DNA of 62,000 nucleotides from Vicugna vicugna (taxonomy: Eukaryota), in the NCBI GenBank assembly GCA_013265495.1, contig MU058065.1:434001-496000 (forward strand), given 5' to 3'. The notes below the pieces were generated by a model. The model made no database searches. It saw only the letters and a program-made list of their open reading frames with translations, and was not told where the DNA came from. Each line of letters opens with the position of its first letter. Within the stretch, counting starts at the first letter, position 1. Below, in pieces: positions 49,833-62,000 of this stretch. A program made the position numbers and the translations under genes.

Positions 49833-51442
49833 ATTATTCTGCCCTCTCCATTTATTTCAATCTTCCCACCCCTGTTTTTTCCCTACCAGCTTCCTCCCGT
49901 TCCCATCAACCTCGTTGGTGTTCTTTCTCCACTTATTATGACCTATTTAAAATGCAATTCATATTACTTACTCTTTTCAAGTAATCTAAAATTGGTGTAA
50001 CTACTTAAAAAAATAAATAGGTAAGAGAAATGTATTTTACATCTTAAAAAACAAAGTCCTAAACTCTAACTTAAATTATTTTATGCATGTCATAGCCTCG
50101 GTTGGATATTTTTAATATTTGTGGAGCATTAACAAGCAAAACTGCCTTCCATTCCATCGTGGCAAAACATCAGTGGATTACTTGCCCTGAAACAGTAAAG
50201 AAAAAGGGAGATAGAGGGAGGGAAAGATCTAAATTAAGGCTTGTTCAGGCCGTGATAGATTAGCACCTGCAGTTTGAATGTCACTGTAACATGCCATCAG
50301 GAGGTCGGGCTGTGCGCAAGAGTTGGGGCCACATCCCCCAGACAGCTCCAACCACTGAGCGGGGCTGGCCCAGTGGAGGGTGGACAGCAGCCATAGCTGG
50401 GCATGTGGCGGGGAATTCCTGCCTTAGGGGGAGGAGACCTAGAGAACCTCCCATGGCTTTTCTTCTGGAATATTATGATCATGAGATTCTTGTCTTTTAG
50501 GTCAACATATTTGGAGTGACACTTTTCTCTCTTCTTGCCTGTATCTCAGAGTCACTAAAGGGTCCTTAAAGATGATTCAGGAGGAAGTTCAAGTACAGTC
50601 TAGGTGCTCACCCTGTCACTCACGTTTGGGAAGGCACATATCTGTTATCTCTTTACTTATTTAGAGAAAGGTCCAGTATAACATGGGGAAAAAGATGCAC
50701 TTAGTAGAAAGGAAACTTTTTATGAAGAAGTGTTTATGATAAAACTACTATATGAAAAGTAAGGATTTTTTTTTCTACAAACTGTTTTATCATTTATAAA
50801 GCTTTTAATAACACATAATCCTCCCATTTATAATATAAACAGATGTGAAATTGAGATGGAAACAAAATTCCCTTTTCCTTGCCCACTGAAAAACCAACTA
50901 TTACAAAGTGGTTGGTACCTACTTCATTCAGGGATGCCAGAAAATGGCACATGATCTGTCAATGTTCCATGAGGCTCTGAGCAGAATTAAGATGGAAGCT
51001 TGGACAAGTATCAGAGCTAAAATCACCAGCAGGATAACTTTACATGATGACCAAGAGTCCCCACTTCCTCATACATTGTTTTCATCAGAATTCTTAAGAG
51101 AAACAACGATCAGAGGAGGTGACTGCCAAGCTGCTGTCTCCAAGAACACCTGCTCTTGGATTCTGCCGTGGATCTGACATTTATATCATTGCTCATAGCA
51201 CATTTCCATCCATTCTATTAGTCTGCATTCATAGCATATATTTAGCCTTAACATCATCAAGGTATTTTACATGCATCATGATAGTTCACATTTGTAGATT
51301 ACTTTAGCATTTATGAAGCACATTCCCCTTCATGGTGGCATTTGAGTTTTACAACAATCTTGGGGAATTAAAGATGGGGCACCCCAAAGAACCAGCAACT
51401 AGAAATCATTGCTAGGGCACACAGGTAAGAGGTAACCTGATC

Positions 51443-52831
51443 TCTTTTTTTTTTAACATTTTTTATTGAGTTATAGTCACTTTACAATGTAGAGGACAAT
51501 TTTTCAGTTATATATGAATATATATACATTTACTGTGACATTTTTTTTTTCACTGTGAGCTACCACAAGATCTTGTATATATTTCCTTGTGCTATACAGC
51601 ATAATCTTGTTTATCTATTCTGCATATGCCTGTCAGTATCTACAAATTTTGAAATCCCAGTCTGTCCCTTCACAACCCCCTCCCCCTGGTAACCACAAGT
51701 TTGTATTGTATGTCTATGAGCCTGTTTCTGTTTTGTATTTATGTTCTTTTCTTTTCTTTTTTTTTTTTTAGATTCCACATATAAGCCATCTCATATGGTA
51801 TTTTTCTTTCTCTTTCTGGCTTACTTCACTTAGAATGACATTCTCCAGGAGCATCCATGTTGCTGCAAATGGCATTATGTTGTCGGTTTTTATGGCTGAA
51901 TAGTATTCCATTGTATAAATATACCACTTCTTTATCCAGTCATCTGTTGATGGACATTTAGGCTGCTTCCATGTCTTAGCTACTGTAAATAGTGCTGCTA
52001 TGAACATTGGGGTGCAGGTGTCTTTTTGAAGTAGGATTCCTTTTGGATATATGCCCAGGAGCAGAATTCCTGGGTCATATGGTAAGTCTATTCCTAGTCT
52101 TTTGAGGACTCTCCATACTGTTTTTCACAGTGGCTGCACCAACCTGCATTCCCACCAGCAGTGTAGGAGGGTTCCCTTTTCTCCACAGCCTCTCCAGCAT
52201 TTGTCACTTGTGGACTTTTGAATGATGGCCATTCTGGCTGATGTGAGGTGATACCTCATCTTAGTTTTGATTTGTATTTCTCTGATAATTAGTGATATTG
52301 AGCATTTTTTCATGTGCCTATTGATCATTTGTATTTCTTCCTTGGAGAATTGCTTGTTTAGGTCTTCTGCCCATTTTTGGATTGGGTTGTTTGTTTCTTT
52401 CTTATTAAAGTTGTATGAGCTGTTTATATATTCTGGAGATCAAGTCTTTATTGGTTTTATCATTTGCAAGAATTTTCTCCCATTCCGTAGGTTGTCTTTT
52501 TGTTTTACTTATGGTTTCCTTTGCTGTGCAGAAGATTTTAAGTTTAATTAGGTCCCATTTGTTTATTCTTGCTTTTATTTCTATTGCTTGGGTAGACTGC
52601 CATAGGAGAACATTTTGAGATGTATGTCAGATAATGTTTTGCCTGTATTTTCTTCTAAGAGGTTTATTGTATCTTGTCTTATGTTTAAGTCTTTGATCCA
52701 TTTTGTGTTTATTTTTGTGTATGGTGTAAGGGAGTGTTCTAGCTTCACTGATTTACACGCTGCTGTCCAGTTTTCCCAACACCATTTGCTGAAGAGATTG
52801 TCTTTATCCCATTGTATATTCTTGCCTCCTT
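51443..52831 (-). mobile_element. Relatively young 5'-truncated L1 (camelid type), inserted in a MIR
   Basis: ORF2 C-terminal remnants in the ORF track ([63 protein letters not shown]), 3'UTR and poly-T. Confidence 0.95.
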
Positions 52832-53284
52832 CTTCTAAAAATAAGACTTCATTTGAATCCAGGACTTCTGATTCCTTTCCTCTTAGGAAACCACCAACCA
52901 GTGCAAAAAAACTTGCAGGTTTGTTCAAAGAGGGGACACTGAAGAAAAGTTGAAGAGAATGGAAGTCATGACATGAAATTCCTCCGTACTAAGTGCATGG
53001 ACTAAGTCGGGGATGTGTGTTGCCCTTTTCCATATTAAATTATTCCTGCTATATGAAATGCATCAAGATGACACCAGCAGGGCAATGACTTGATTTAGAA
53101 CTGAGCCACACACCTGTTCTTCTAAATATAAACAAATTTGCAACCTGAGCCATTGGCAGTCACTGGAGGCTAAGCAAATGAGACCTGGGGCTGGTGCCCG
53201 CCTGCAACCTGGCTCTGGGCTGACAAATGCCCGAGGGCCAAGAAAGCATCACGCCAGGCAGGATATTTGGCATTGCGAGCTGGT

Positions 53285-53297
53285 GGTCACAGTGACC
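53285..53297. promoter_or_regulatory. Perfect consensus estrogen-response element GGTCAcagTGACC
   Basis: Exact IR3 palindrome; GATA site ttatct at 53300-53305. Function untested. Confidence 0.4.
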
Positions 53298-54234
53298 TTT
53301 TATCTCACCAGAGAGATTATAATTATTAGCTTTATTATTCTTATTGTTATTTTTAAATGTGCTTAGTTTGCTCTTGTGGTTCAGCTTGTACCCGACTTGT
53401 TGAATGTTCCAGATCCTCTTGGTTTGTATATATGAAAGTTGCCAGAGTTGCTGTGTTTGGAGAAAGCTTACCTTAAGGGAAATGGTTTGCTGCACTCCAG
53501 AACACTAAATTAAGTCTATAATGTATTTTCATTGTCTGTGTGAAGGCAATATTGTGCCAGATTCTGGACTTTCCGGCTAATCAAAGTGTGTGACTACTCC
53601 TTGAGACTCGGATGCCTCTTTCCATTCTTGCTTAGAAGGAAAGAAGTCATCCTGGGGTCCTTGGAAGTGTTCCACATTATCCTTAACTGATGAGACATGA
53701 CAGAGGTAATGAAATGTAAGGAGCCCAGAGACAGGCGTGTTATGGTGCATGTGATGGAACTGTGCAGAACTGGGAGCCGTGATTGATCTGATTGGCCAAA
53801 GCTCTTAAGGTGGTTCAGGTTATGATCATTGGTAGGTTCTGAAAGCATTATTTCTAGATGCTGCTGAAAATCAGCAAAAAAGTCTCTTAATTCTCTTTCC
53901 AAATAATTGTTATGCAATTGCAAAAGATTTATTTGCATGTTGAAAGTTTTGAATATACAGAAAAGCACCAAAGAAGATAAAAACTTTTGCCATTTTTTTT
54001 AATTTGCTTATACATTCCCTCACCTCCAACCTGGTAATTTGGTGAATTCTACTAAAATGTCTTCTAATATGAATAAATATACTGAATTCTTGGGGGTGAA
54101 TCTTACTTGAGTACGGTGAAATGTTACCCATTTAGGTAGAGACAGAGATACAGAGATCAATGTATAAGCATAGGTTGATCTAGCTGTGATGGCCCCAGGG
54201 CTGTAGTTTGGTCTTCCCTTTGAGAGAACATGTT

Positions 54235-56588
54235 GCAAAGAGTTATAGGTAGATAACCTTAGCTGTTGCCACTTGGGATTTACCTTTCCATTCACCTGTG
54301 GCCATCCTCAGCCAATGACTGAGCACGGCAGGAGGAGTAGAGCTGAGACATTCCTTCTTCTTCCCATCCTCCAGCAACAAGGTAAGTCAAAACAATATTA
54401 CCGTGCCAGGGTGTGGTGGAAATTAATGCCACCATTAAAGCCCTAAAAGATGGTGTTCTCCATCATATCTTCATGGAATTCATCAGTCCGGCCCCTGCAG
54501 AAACTGGATGAATCCTGAAACACGGCCGTAGACCACCACAAACCATCAAGTAGCTCTGATCACTGCTGCTGTGCTGAATGTGATATCATTGCTAGAATAA
54601 GTTTCTACGGCCTTAGGTGCACCGCATATGGCCATTGATTTGGTGAATGAATTCTTTTCTATTCCAATTAGAAGAGAAGGGCAGAAACAGTGCACATTCA
54701 TGAGGACTACACAACAATGATACTCTTTACCAATGGCTATGTTAACTCCCTCTTTCATAATGCAATCCAAAGATGCAAATCCACCTGCATATCCTAAAGA
54801 ATATCACATCGCAACCGTATATCATTGGCGTCATGTTGATGGGGCAGGCAGAGCAAGAAGTGCGTGGTGGCAAGTGGACTATGTTCAGTGTCCATTCTGG
54901 AGAACCAATTGTTAATTCTTACAGAGACAGAGACCTATCTTGGTATGGGTTTGCCCTTCTCACCCACAGACATCCAATCAGAACCACTTGTGAGGGCTCA
55001 TGATTGCTTAGTCCACAGGCATGGGATACCACATAGCACAGAATATGACCAGGGCACCCACATTTCAACCAAGAAGGTTTAGGCGTGGGCCTGTGCCCAT
55101 GGACCCCTTGGTTATACCATGTACCATTCTGAAAGAGGCAGTCTGATAGCACATAGCAACAGCCTACTTCATTGAAGGCAGAGCTGAAATGCTGGCTTGG
55201 TTGTAGTCCTCTGCAAAATGAGGTATTATCTTTCAGAACGTAGTATATGCACTAAGTAAGAGACTTCTATATAATGCTGTGTCTTCTTATCAAGAAAAGT
55301 ACAGGAGTCCAAAAGCCAAAGAGTAGAAGCAGAAGTAGCACCTTTTGCCATTGTTCCCGTGATCCAACTATGGGATCATTTATATGACAAATACTTGAGA
55401 ACAAGAGAAATGTCAAATTGTGGCATATCATATGGCAGAATGATAGTAGCTGTAATTATTAAAATTAAGAATTTTTTATCATGACATTATATGGGCTAAT
55501 TTTTGACTCTCATCCCCACAACTCTAGGTTCTTCAGGCTTAGAGGTTCTGATCTCCAGAGGGCATTTTTGTTAAGATAGACAACTAAGTTTTCCTTTAAA
55601 TATAAGCCATGCCTGCCCACCCTCCCAGGGCACCTTGGACTCTGTGTGTCCAGGGAGTAGCAGGTGAGGAGTTGCCCTCATTCTGAGAGTAACTGACCTT
55701 GGGCAGAACGAGGAGAGAAGGCCGTTTTTACACAATGGAGCCATACATGTGGAATACCATGCAGGCACCTCCTGGTGCCCCTTTGTCCATTGTAACCATG
55801 AACAGATTTGTTTGGCAACACCTGGCTGAGAACAGCATCATGACCAAGTGCTTGGACCACCAAGGAATAAAGGTTTGGATCACCGCATCAGGTAAGTCAT
55901 CGAGACCTGCTGAGCTGATGGCTGAGGATGGGGGGAGCTTCAAATAGTGGAAGAGGGAGAGAATAAGGACCAGATGTGGCCCCAAGTTCAGTTGCAGAGA
56001 TGGGGGCTACAGTTTATCCCACTGACTTCTTTGGTCTAAGTTTGTCCTCAGGAAGAGAGGCGGTAGAAACTGTGGGCAGGCTGCTCCCGAAATGTGTGAG
56101 GTGGGTAGGTGAGATGTAAGAAGTGTGTTCTGGTGTCCATCAAGCTGTATGACCTGAATCTTATGCTAAAATAACCCAGCACATCCCATGTAGTCAGCAC
56201 ACGGCCCCTGGTTGCCGCCATTGTGAATCCACGATAGCGTTCAGGCTGTGGTCTGTGCTCTCTGCTAGCCAATGGCTGAGCCCAGTGGGTGTCTTAGAGC
56301 TGAACTCTTCCTCCCCTGTGTGGGGTTCCTTTGATTTCTTTGCGCTGAGGCTTCTCATCAGCCTGGCCAGGCCTTTCTCTGAGCAGCTCTGTAATCTGGG
56401 TCTCTTCCTACCTGATTCTCTTTGCTTCCCTCCCTGCTTGCAAGTATCAGACCAGCAGTGCAGAGTGCTGGCTCTCCCTGTCCTTTCCTGCTTCCTCCCT
56501 GACTTACCCTTCACAGGCGTTTCCCTAAGACGTCACTTCCTGTCTAATACATTGTGGGACTCCCTCTGCAGACACCTAAAGGAACACA
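54235..56588 (+). mobile_element. Deleted ERV-L provirus (LTR16/HERV16-like): partial 5' LTR, pol relic, 3' LTR
   Basis: cctcagccaatgactgagc (~54306) parallels ctagccaatggctgagc (~56265). RT-like AIDLVNEFFSIPI and PYIIGVMLMG (decayed YIDD); integrase-like WWQVDY, TYLGMG/SWYGFA, HRHGIPHS..DQGTH; 3' LTR ~56130-56588 ending aacaca. Confidence 0.8.
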
Positions 56589-56715
56589 CCAGATTTAAAG
56601 CTCAAACCTTGGCTTCAAGACTTTCTCTAGCTCTCTTTCTGGCCCTCCCTCAGGTCTGCTTTCCTCCCAAAAGACTTTCTTCCACAGATCGGCTGTCCGT
56701 ACCTGGTGGCATGAA

Positions 56716-57297
56716 CAGGACAGATCTCACGGGCAAGCAGACTGTTGGCACAGGGCACCCTGCTTACAAAGGCTCAGTGCTTGGTTTAATTGCCAGGGCT
56801 GCCCTAACAAAGTGCCACAAGCTGGGTGGCTTAAACAGTAAAACTCTTCCCCCACAGTTCTGGAGGCTACAGCTGGTCTCTTGGCCAAGGTCAGGGTGTT
56901 GACAGGGTTGGTTTCTTCTGAGGCTGTGAGGGAGACTGTTCCCTGCCTCTCTGCTGGCATCTGCTGATTTTCTGGCCATCCTTGGTGTTCCTTGGCTTGC
57001 AGACTCATCACCGTGATTTCTGGCTTTGTGTTCACATGACGTGCTGTGTCTCTGTGTCCCCTTTTTATAAGGACACTGGTCATACTGAATTAGCGCCCAC
57101 CCTAATGACCTCATCTTAGCCAATTATACCTGTAATGACCCTATTTCCAAGTAAGATCACATTCGGAGACACCAGGGGGTTAGGACTTCAATATAGAAAT
57201 TTTAGGAAGATACAATTAGACCCATAACAGTCATTATCTTGAAATTTCTAATAGTTTCAATTTTGCACTGGATCCTTAAATGATGTAGCCAATCCTG
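56716..57297 (+). mobile_element. MER45A split by an MLT1 LTR
   Basis: cacagggcaccctgc...tgcttggtttaat, resuming at tcttgaaatttctaata...ttttgcactgga...atgtagccaatcctg; matches the copy at 26875. Confidence 0.7.
56790..57229 (-). mobile_element. MaLR solo LTR (MLT1C-like)
   Basis: agggctgccctaacaaagtgccacaagctgggtggcttaaac...gaccctatttccaa...caattagacccataaca. Confidence 0.88.
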
Positions 57298-57656
57298 GCT
57301 GTGGAAGGATAATTCTGGGTTGTAATTAGTCAGCTTTAAAATCCTGGATGTCAGGAAAACGTGCCTTTTTTCCTGTAATTATAGCAGAAGTCTCCCATGC
57401 AGGCTTTGTTGGCCTTGACTCGATCATCTAACCATTTCTAACCAATCACTATGGCCATAAAGACCTTGCACTCCGAATGGCCAGACCAGGCTTGTAACTT
57501 CAAAGTCACATCACCTGCCACTGGGGAGGGGAGGACAACATACTCTTTGGTCCCCTCAAGCATCTTGTCAGGGTTTGGGACCAGACTCATGCTCATTTTA
57601 CAGAAAAGAGTTTGCAGGTCTCCTATTAATTCTGTAACCTGGAATGGTTTATGTTG

Positions 57657-57697
57657 TTTGAGAATTATCTGTGATTTGAGAATTATCTGTGATTTGA
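57657..57697. repeat. Perfect 18-bp tandem duplication
   Basis: tttgagaattatctgtga x2 plus tttga. Confidence 0.95.
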
Positions 57698-57904
57698 AAG
57701 TTTAAAAACAAAAAGCACCAATAATGACCTTTGTTTTTCATTTGAAAATATTTTTGACAACTCGACACATTTTTACATCATTATTAACCTTCTGAAGATT
57801 TTTCTATTTTTGAGTCAAATGTTAAAATTTACATTTTCTTTAAAACTTGGTTCATAACTGAAATGACAATTTTGAAATGTTCTTCTATGTATAGTTGCTT
57901 ATGC

Positions 57905-58521
57905 CGCTTATGGGCTGAAAGGTGTTCCTTCAAAACTCATATGTTGGGAAGGAACTGGGATTTCAAAATGTAGAATAGATAAACAAGATTGTATTGTGTA
58001 GCACAGGGAGTATATATAAAGGATCTTGTGGTGGCTCACGGTGAAAGAGAATGTGACAATGAATGTATGTATGTTCACATGTTACTGAAAAATTGTGCTC
58101 TACACTGGAATTTGACACAACTTTGTAAAATGGCTATAACTCAATAAAAAAAAATGTTAAAAAAAAACACCTCATACGTTGAAGTCCTAGCCCCCAGGAC
58201 CTCAGAATGTGACTATATTTGGACAGAAGGTCTTTAAAGAAGTAATTGAGTTAAAGTGAGGTCATTAGGGTGAGCCCTACTCCAGCATGACTGGTGCATT
58301 TATAAGAAGAGGAGATTAAGTCACAGGCATGAGCATTGAGAGAGGGAACACCATGTGAGAATATAGAAATAAGACGCAAAGAGAGATGCCTCAAAAGAAC
58401 CCCACCCTGTCAACACCTTGGTCTTGAACTTTTAAACTCCAGAATTGTGAGCAAATCCATTTCTGTTGTTTAAGCCAGCCAGTCTGTGGAACTTTTATGG
58501 AAGCTCTAACAAACTAATACA
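57905..58521 (+). mobile_element. MaLR solo LTR (MLT1B-like) split by an L1 3' end
   Basis: tatgggctgaa...cctcagaatgtgactatatttgga...tttctgttgtttaagcc...aaactaataca. Confidence 0.88.
57947..58170 (+). mobile_element. Young L1 3' end
   Basis: Reverse complement of the 3'UTR at ~51450-51670; TSD ctcatatgttg 57936-57946 / ctcatacgttg 58171-58181. Confidence 0.9.
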
Positions 58522-58539
58522 TTGCCTAATATTTTGTAT

Positions 58540-59480
58540 TTATGTTATATTTTCTTATTCAAGATTACTAGACCTGTAGATTTTTTTTCAGAAAATATAT
58601 TTGGTTGAAATACCTTCTGAGACTTCTCATGTTTGATAATATCTTTCTGTTTCTCTTCTCTCATCTCACTATGACTTTCTTGTTTCATAGCCTTTTGTTG
58701 TCAAAACTCTGTGGACATTGCTTTTTTGCCTTCTGTCATTTCATGTTATGAAAAGAATTTTAATGTAGAACTAACATTTTATTTCTTTTGTACACAATTT
58801 TTTCATTATCCTGCCCATGTTCATGCAAAATTTTGTTTCCTTTATTTTTAAAATAAAAACGTATCATAAAAACCATAGCTTTTTTCATTTGTTTTGTCTG
58901 GCAATCAAGGGTCCCTTTGACCCCAAACCTCAAATCTGTCTTTGGTTCAAGAAAAGTTTTTTAGGTTATTTTGAGTGGTTCCTCTCATCCTTCTCTTCTG
59001 TTCTCTCCTCCTGAAACTGTTGTTACATGTGTGTCATGGTTCCTAGGTTTTCCATGCCCCTTATCTTTTCTTTCGTCATCATATCTTTATTCCTAATTCT
59101 CGGTTATTGAATAATCTCTGAAGCACAACTTCTGCTGTAATAGACCAGGGTTTCAGGTGACTGTAATGAAGATTTTACTGCTTTACATCGCAATTTTAAA
59201 TCTGCAAATCAGCTTTTAAATCCAGATCTCAGATGGTTCGACAATGCTTGACAAGTGCATAAATATAATATCCTCTTCAACTTTTCGCCAAGCCTTTCTC
59301 CTTTTATTGTGCTAACTCTGCTGAAATTGAGGAATGTTTGATTGATTTCTTGGATTGGCTCACTTCTTTTGAAGTAAAATCTCTTATGTTTTTACTTATT
59401 TTTTTCTGTTCATCTTTACAGATCCAAGGCAGTCTAATATCAAAAAATTTTGATAATCAAGTTCCAACAGACATTGTGTG
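58540..59480 (-). mobile_element. Very old L1-like (L1M/HAL1) fragment
   Basis: T-rich degraded sequence, e.g. caaaactctgtggacattgcttttttgccttctg. Confidence 0.35.
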
Positions 59481-59629
59481 ACCCCTTTTTGCATTTTTCA
59501 GGCTCAGAGGAGGGGAAAGGAAGACTTTTATATTTATAATAATTGTATTCACCAGGTAGTGACATGTATTATGAGGGATAGAGAGGTAGTAAGAGCTGAA
59601 GGTGGGACACTTTGCTACTCTGCCAAGTT

Positions 59630-60178
59630 TTTGTTTTTTTTTTCTTTTTTAAAGCTCTACTGACGTATAATTGACAAAATTGTAAGATATTTAAAGTGTA
59701 CAATATAAAGATTTGTACATGTATACATGAGATACATATCGTTGTGAAAGGATCCCCACCCCCCCAATCAAGTTAACTAACACATCCATCACCTCACATA
59801 TTAATTTTCTGGGGTTTTTTTGTGAGAACATTTAAGTTTTACTCTCTTAGCAAATTTACAATTTCAGTGTCATCTACTATTATCACCATATTATACATTA
59901 GATACTCAGAACTTCTTCATCTTACAGCAGAAATTTTGTACCCTTTTTACCAACCTCTCCTTATTTCTCCCACACTTCAGCCCCAGGCAACCAATTTTTG
60001 ACTCCATATTTTTATAAGTTTGACTTTTTTAGTTAAGATTCCACACATAAGTGATCCTGTGAAGTATTTGTCTTTTCTATCTGGCTTATTTCACTTAACA
60101 TAACACCTTGCAGTTTCATCCATGTTGCCACAAATGACAGGATTTCTTTTCTTTTTAAGGCTGAGTACTATTCCACTC

Positions 60179-60216
<38 letters not shown>

Positions 60217-61305
60217 CATGTGTATATGTATGTATATATGTATATTGTATTATATATACATGTCTATATATGTGTCTATATATGTGTCTATATGTGTATA
60301 TATGTATCTATATGTATATATTATGTATATATCACATTTTCTTTATCCATTCATTCATTGACAGACACTCAAGCTGTTTCCATACATTAGGTACTGTGAA
60401 TTATGCTGCAATGAACAGAGCAGCACAGATATCTCTTCAAGAGAATAATATTGTTTCCTTTGTATCTATACCCACAAGTGGGATTGCTGGATCATATGGT
60501 AGTTCTATTTTTATTTTCTTAAAGAAACTTTATCTGTTTCCCATAATGACTATACCAATTTACATCCCCACCAACATTGTACAAGGGTTTCCTTTTCTCC
60601 ACCTGCCTTGACAGCACTTGTTATCTCTTGTCTTTTTGACAACAGACAGCCTAACAGGTGGGAGGTGATATCTCATTATGGCTTTGACTTGCATTTCCAT
60701 GTAACTAGTGATGTCGAGCACTTTTTCATGTCCTGTGTGATCATTTGTATGTCTCCTTTGGAAAAATATCTATTCAGATCCTTTCTCCATTTTTACTTGG
60801 ACTAATTTTTTTTTTTTTTGCAATTAAGTTGTATGAGTACCTTATATCTTGGATCCTAACCTCTTATTGGGTATATGGTTTGCAAATATTTACTCCTGTT
60901 CCATAGGCTGCCTTTTCATTTTGTGGATAGTTTCCTTTGATGTGCAAAAGATTTTTAGTTACTGTAGTCCCCTTGTTTATCTTTGCTTTTTGTTGCCTTA
61001 GCTTTTGGTGTTAAATCCAAAAAATCATTGCCAAAACCAACTTTAATGAATTTGTTTATTAGTTCTAACAGATTTTGGGTGGAGTCTTTAGTATTTTCTA
61101 TATATAATATCATGTTATCTGCAACAGAGATAACTTTACTTCTTTCTTTACAACCTGGATACCTTTTATTCCTCTTGCCTAATTGCTCTGTCTAAGGCTT
61201 CCAGTATTACATTGAATAAGAGTGTTGAAAGTGAGACTCCTCATCTTGTTACTGATCTTAGTGGAAAAGCTTTCAGCTTTTCATCATTGTGTATAGTATT
61301 AGCAT
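59630..61305 (-). mobile_element. L1MA (L1MA8/9-like) 3' region, internally deleted near 61040
   Basis: tcaagttaactaacacatccatcacctcacata...tactctcttagcaaattt...gggattgctggatcatatggtagttctattttt. Confidence 0.88.
60184..60332. repeat. (TG)n then (TATG/TA)n compound microsatellite in L1
   Basis: Directly visible. Confidence 0.92.
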
Positions 61306-61377
61306 TTCTATCTTCTGATATCCAGTGTACTGATGATCTCAAGAAAGAAACTCATTTATAGCATTTCCCTTGGATTC

Positions 61378-61692
61378 TTTTTTTGTTGCTGTTGAAGTAC
61401 AGTCAATTACAATGTGTCAGTCTCTGGTATACAGCATAATGTCCCAGTCATGCATATATATACATATATTCATTTTCATATTTTTTTGCATTAAAAGTTA
61501 TTACAAGATATTGAACATAGTTTCCTATGTTATACAAAAGAAACTTTTAAAAATCTATTTTATATATAGTGGGTAACATTTGTAAATCTCAAATTTCCAA
61601 ATTTATCCCCTCCTACCCTCTTTTCCCCGTAACCATAAGATTGTTTACTAAGTCTGTGAGTCTGTTTCTGTTTTGTAGATGAATTCACAGTA
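61378..61692 (-). mobile_element. L1 3' end (same type as 19160) inserted in an older L1 that runs to the window end
   Basis: Poly-T, tgaagtacagtcaattacaatgtgtca...; TSD tggattctttt ~61371 / tggattccttt ~61693. Confidence 0.85.
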
Positions 61693-62000
61693 TGGATTCC
61701 TTTTTTAGAGTTTTCATCTTTCTGTTTACACTACCCATCTGTTCTTGAATCTTTTCTACTTTTACCAGTGAGCCCTTGACACATTAATCATAGGTATTTT
61801 AAAGCCCTGTCTGATAATTACAGTATCTGTGTCATATCTGAGTCTGTTTCTGATACTTGCTATGTCTTTTCAGACTCCTCTTTCTTTCTAGCCCTTTAAT
61901 GTGAGGACTTATGTCCATATGGCTAGGAATTGAGCTGTGTTTATTGTTTGTTGTAGCTTTGGTGCCAGATGCTTTAATTCTTTCTACTTTCCTTGCTTTG

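Noticed and set aside
49556..49834. Arg/Gly/Lys/Glu-rich ORF
   Set aside because: Translation of the (GGAA)n microsatellite.
54390..55100. Domesticated or intact ERV pol gene
   Set aside because: Frameshifts, stops, a destroyed YIDD motif and a deleted RNase H region.
56255..56902. 215-aa ORF, the longest in the window
   Set aside because: Runs across an LTR16-like LTR, MER45A and MLT1C; chance open frame.
60122..60611. Cys/Val/Tyr-rich ORFs
   Set aside because: Translation of TG/TA microsatellite and antisense L1.
1..62000. Inferring a + strand host gene from L1 orientation bias
   Set aside because: About 9 minus versus 5 plus among clearer L1s is not significant, and most LTR/ERV pieces lie on +, which points the other way.

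Overview
Mammalian, AT-rich, CpG-depleted non-coding DNA (intergenic or deep intronic). The host is very probably a camelid, judged from four tRNA-derived SINEs of the Vic-1 type and their partner L1 3' ends. I find no credible protein-coding gene, RNA gene or CRISPR array. Every recognisable ORF is a broken L1 ORF2, ERV-L gag/pol, an antisense reading of L2/LTR sequence, or a microsatellite. A large part of the window is transposon debris of many ages: L2, MIR, L1ME/MC/MA, MaLR and ERV-L LTR elements, hAT MITEs, and young L1 and SINE insertions with readable target-site duplications (TSDs). Family names are from recall of consensus sequences, not from a search, and boundaries of old repeats are approximate. 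The most notable observations are: (1) two independent retro-insertions carry an L1 3'UTR that breaks at the same base and continues into the same ~260-nt non-canonical tail, suggesting a chimeric L1 lineage; (2) a perfect 37-bp inverted repeat with arms ~1.5 kb apart in unique sequence; (3) a tailless, TSD-flanked internal L1 fragment and a twin-primed L1; (4) a perfect estrogen-response palindrome beside GATA and forkhead sites, and a CCAAT/CRE/GC-box promoter-like cluster. None of these is shown to be a new biological system.
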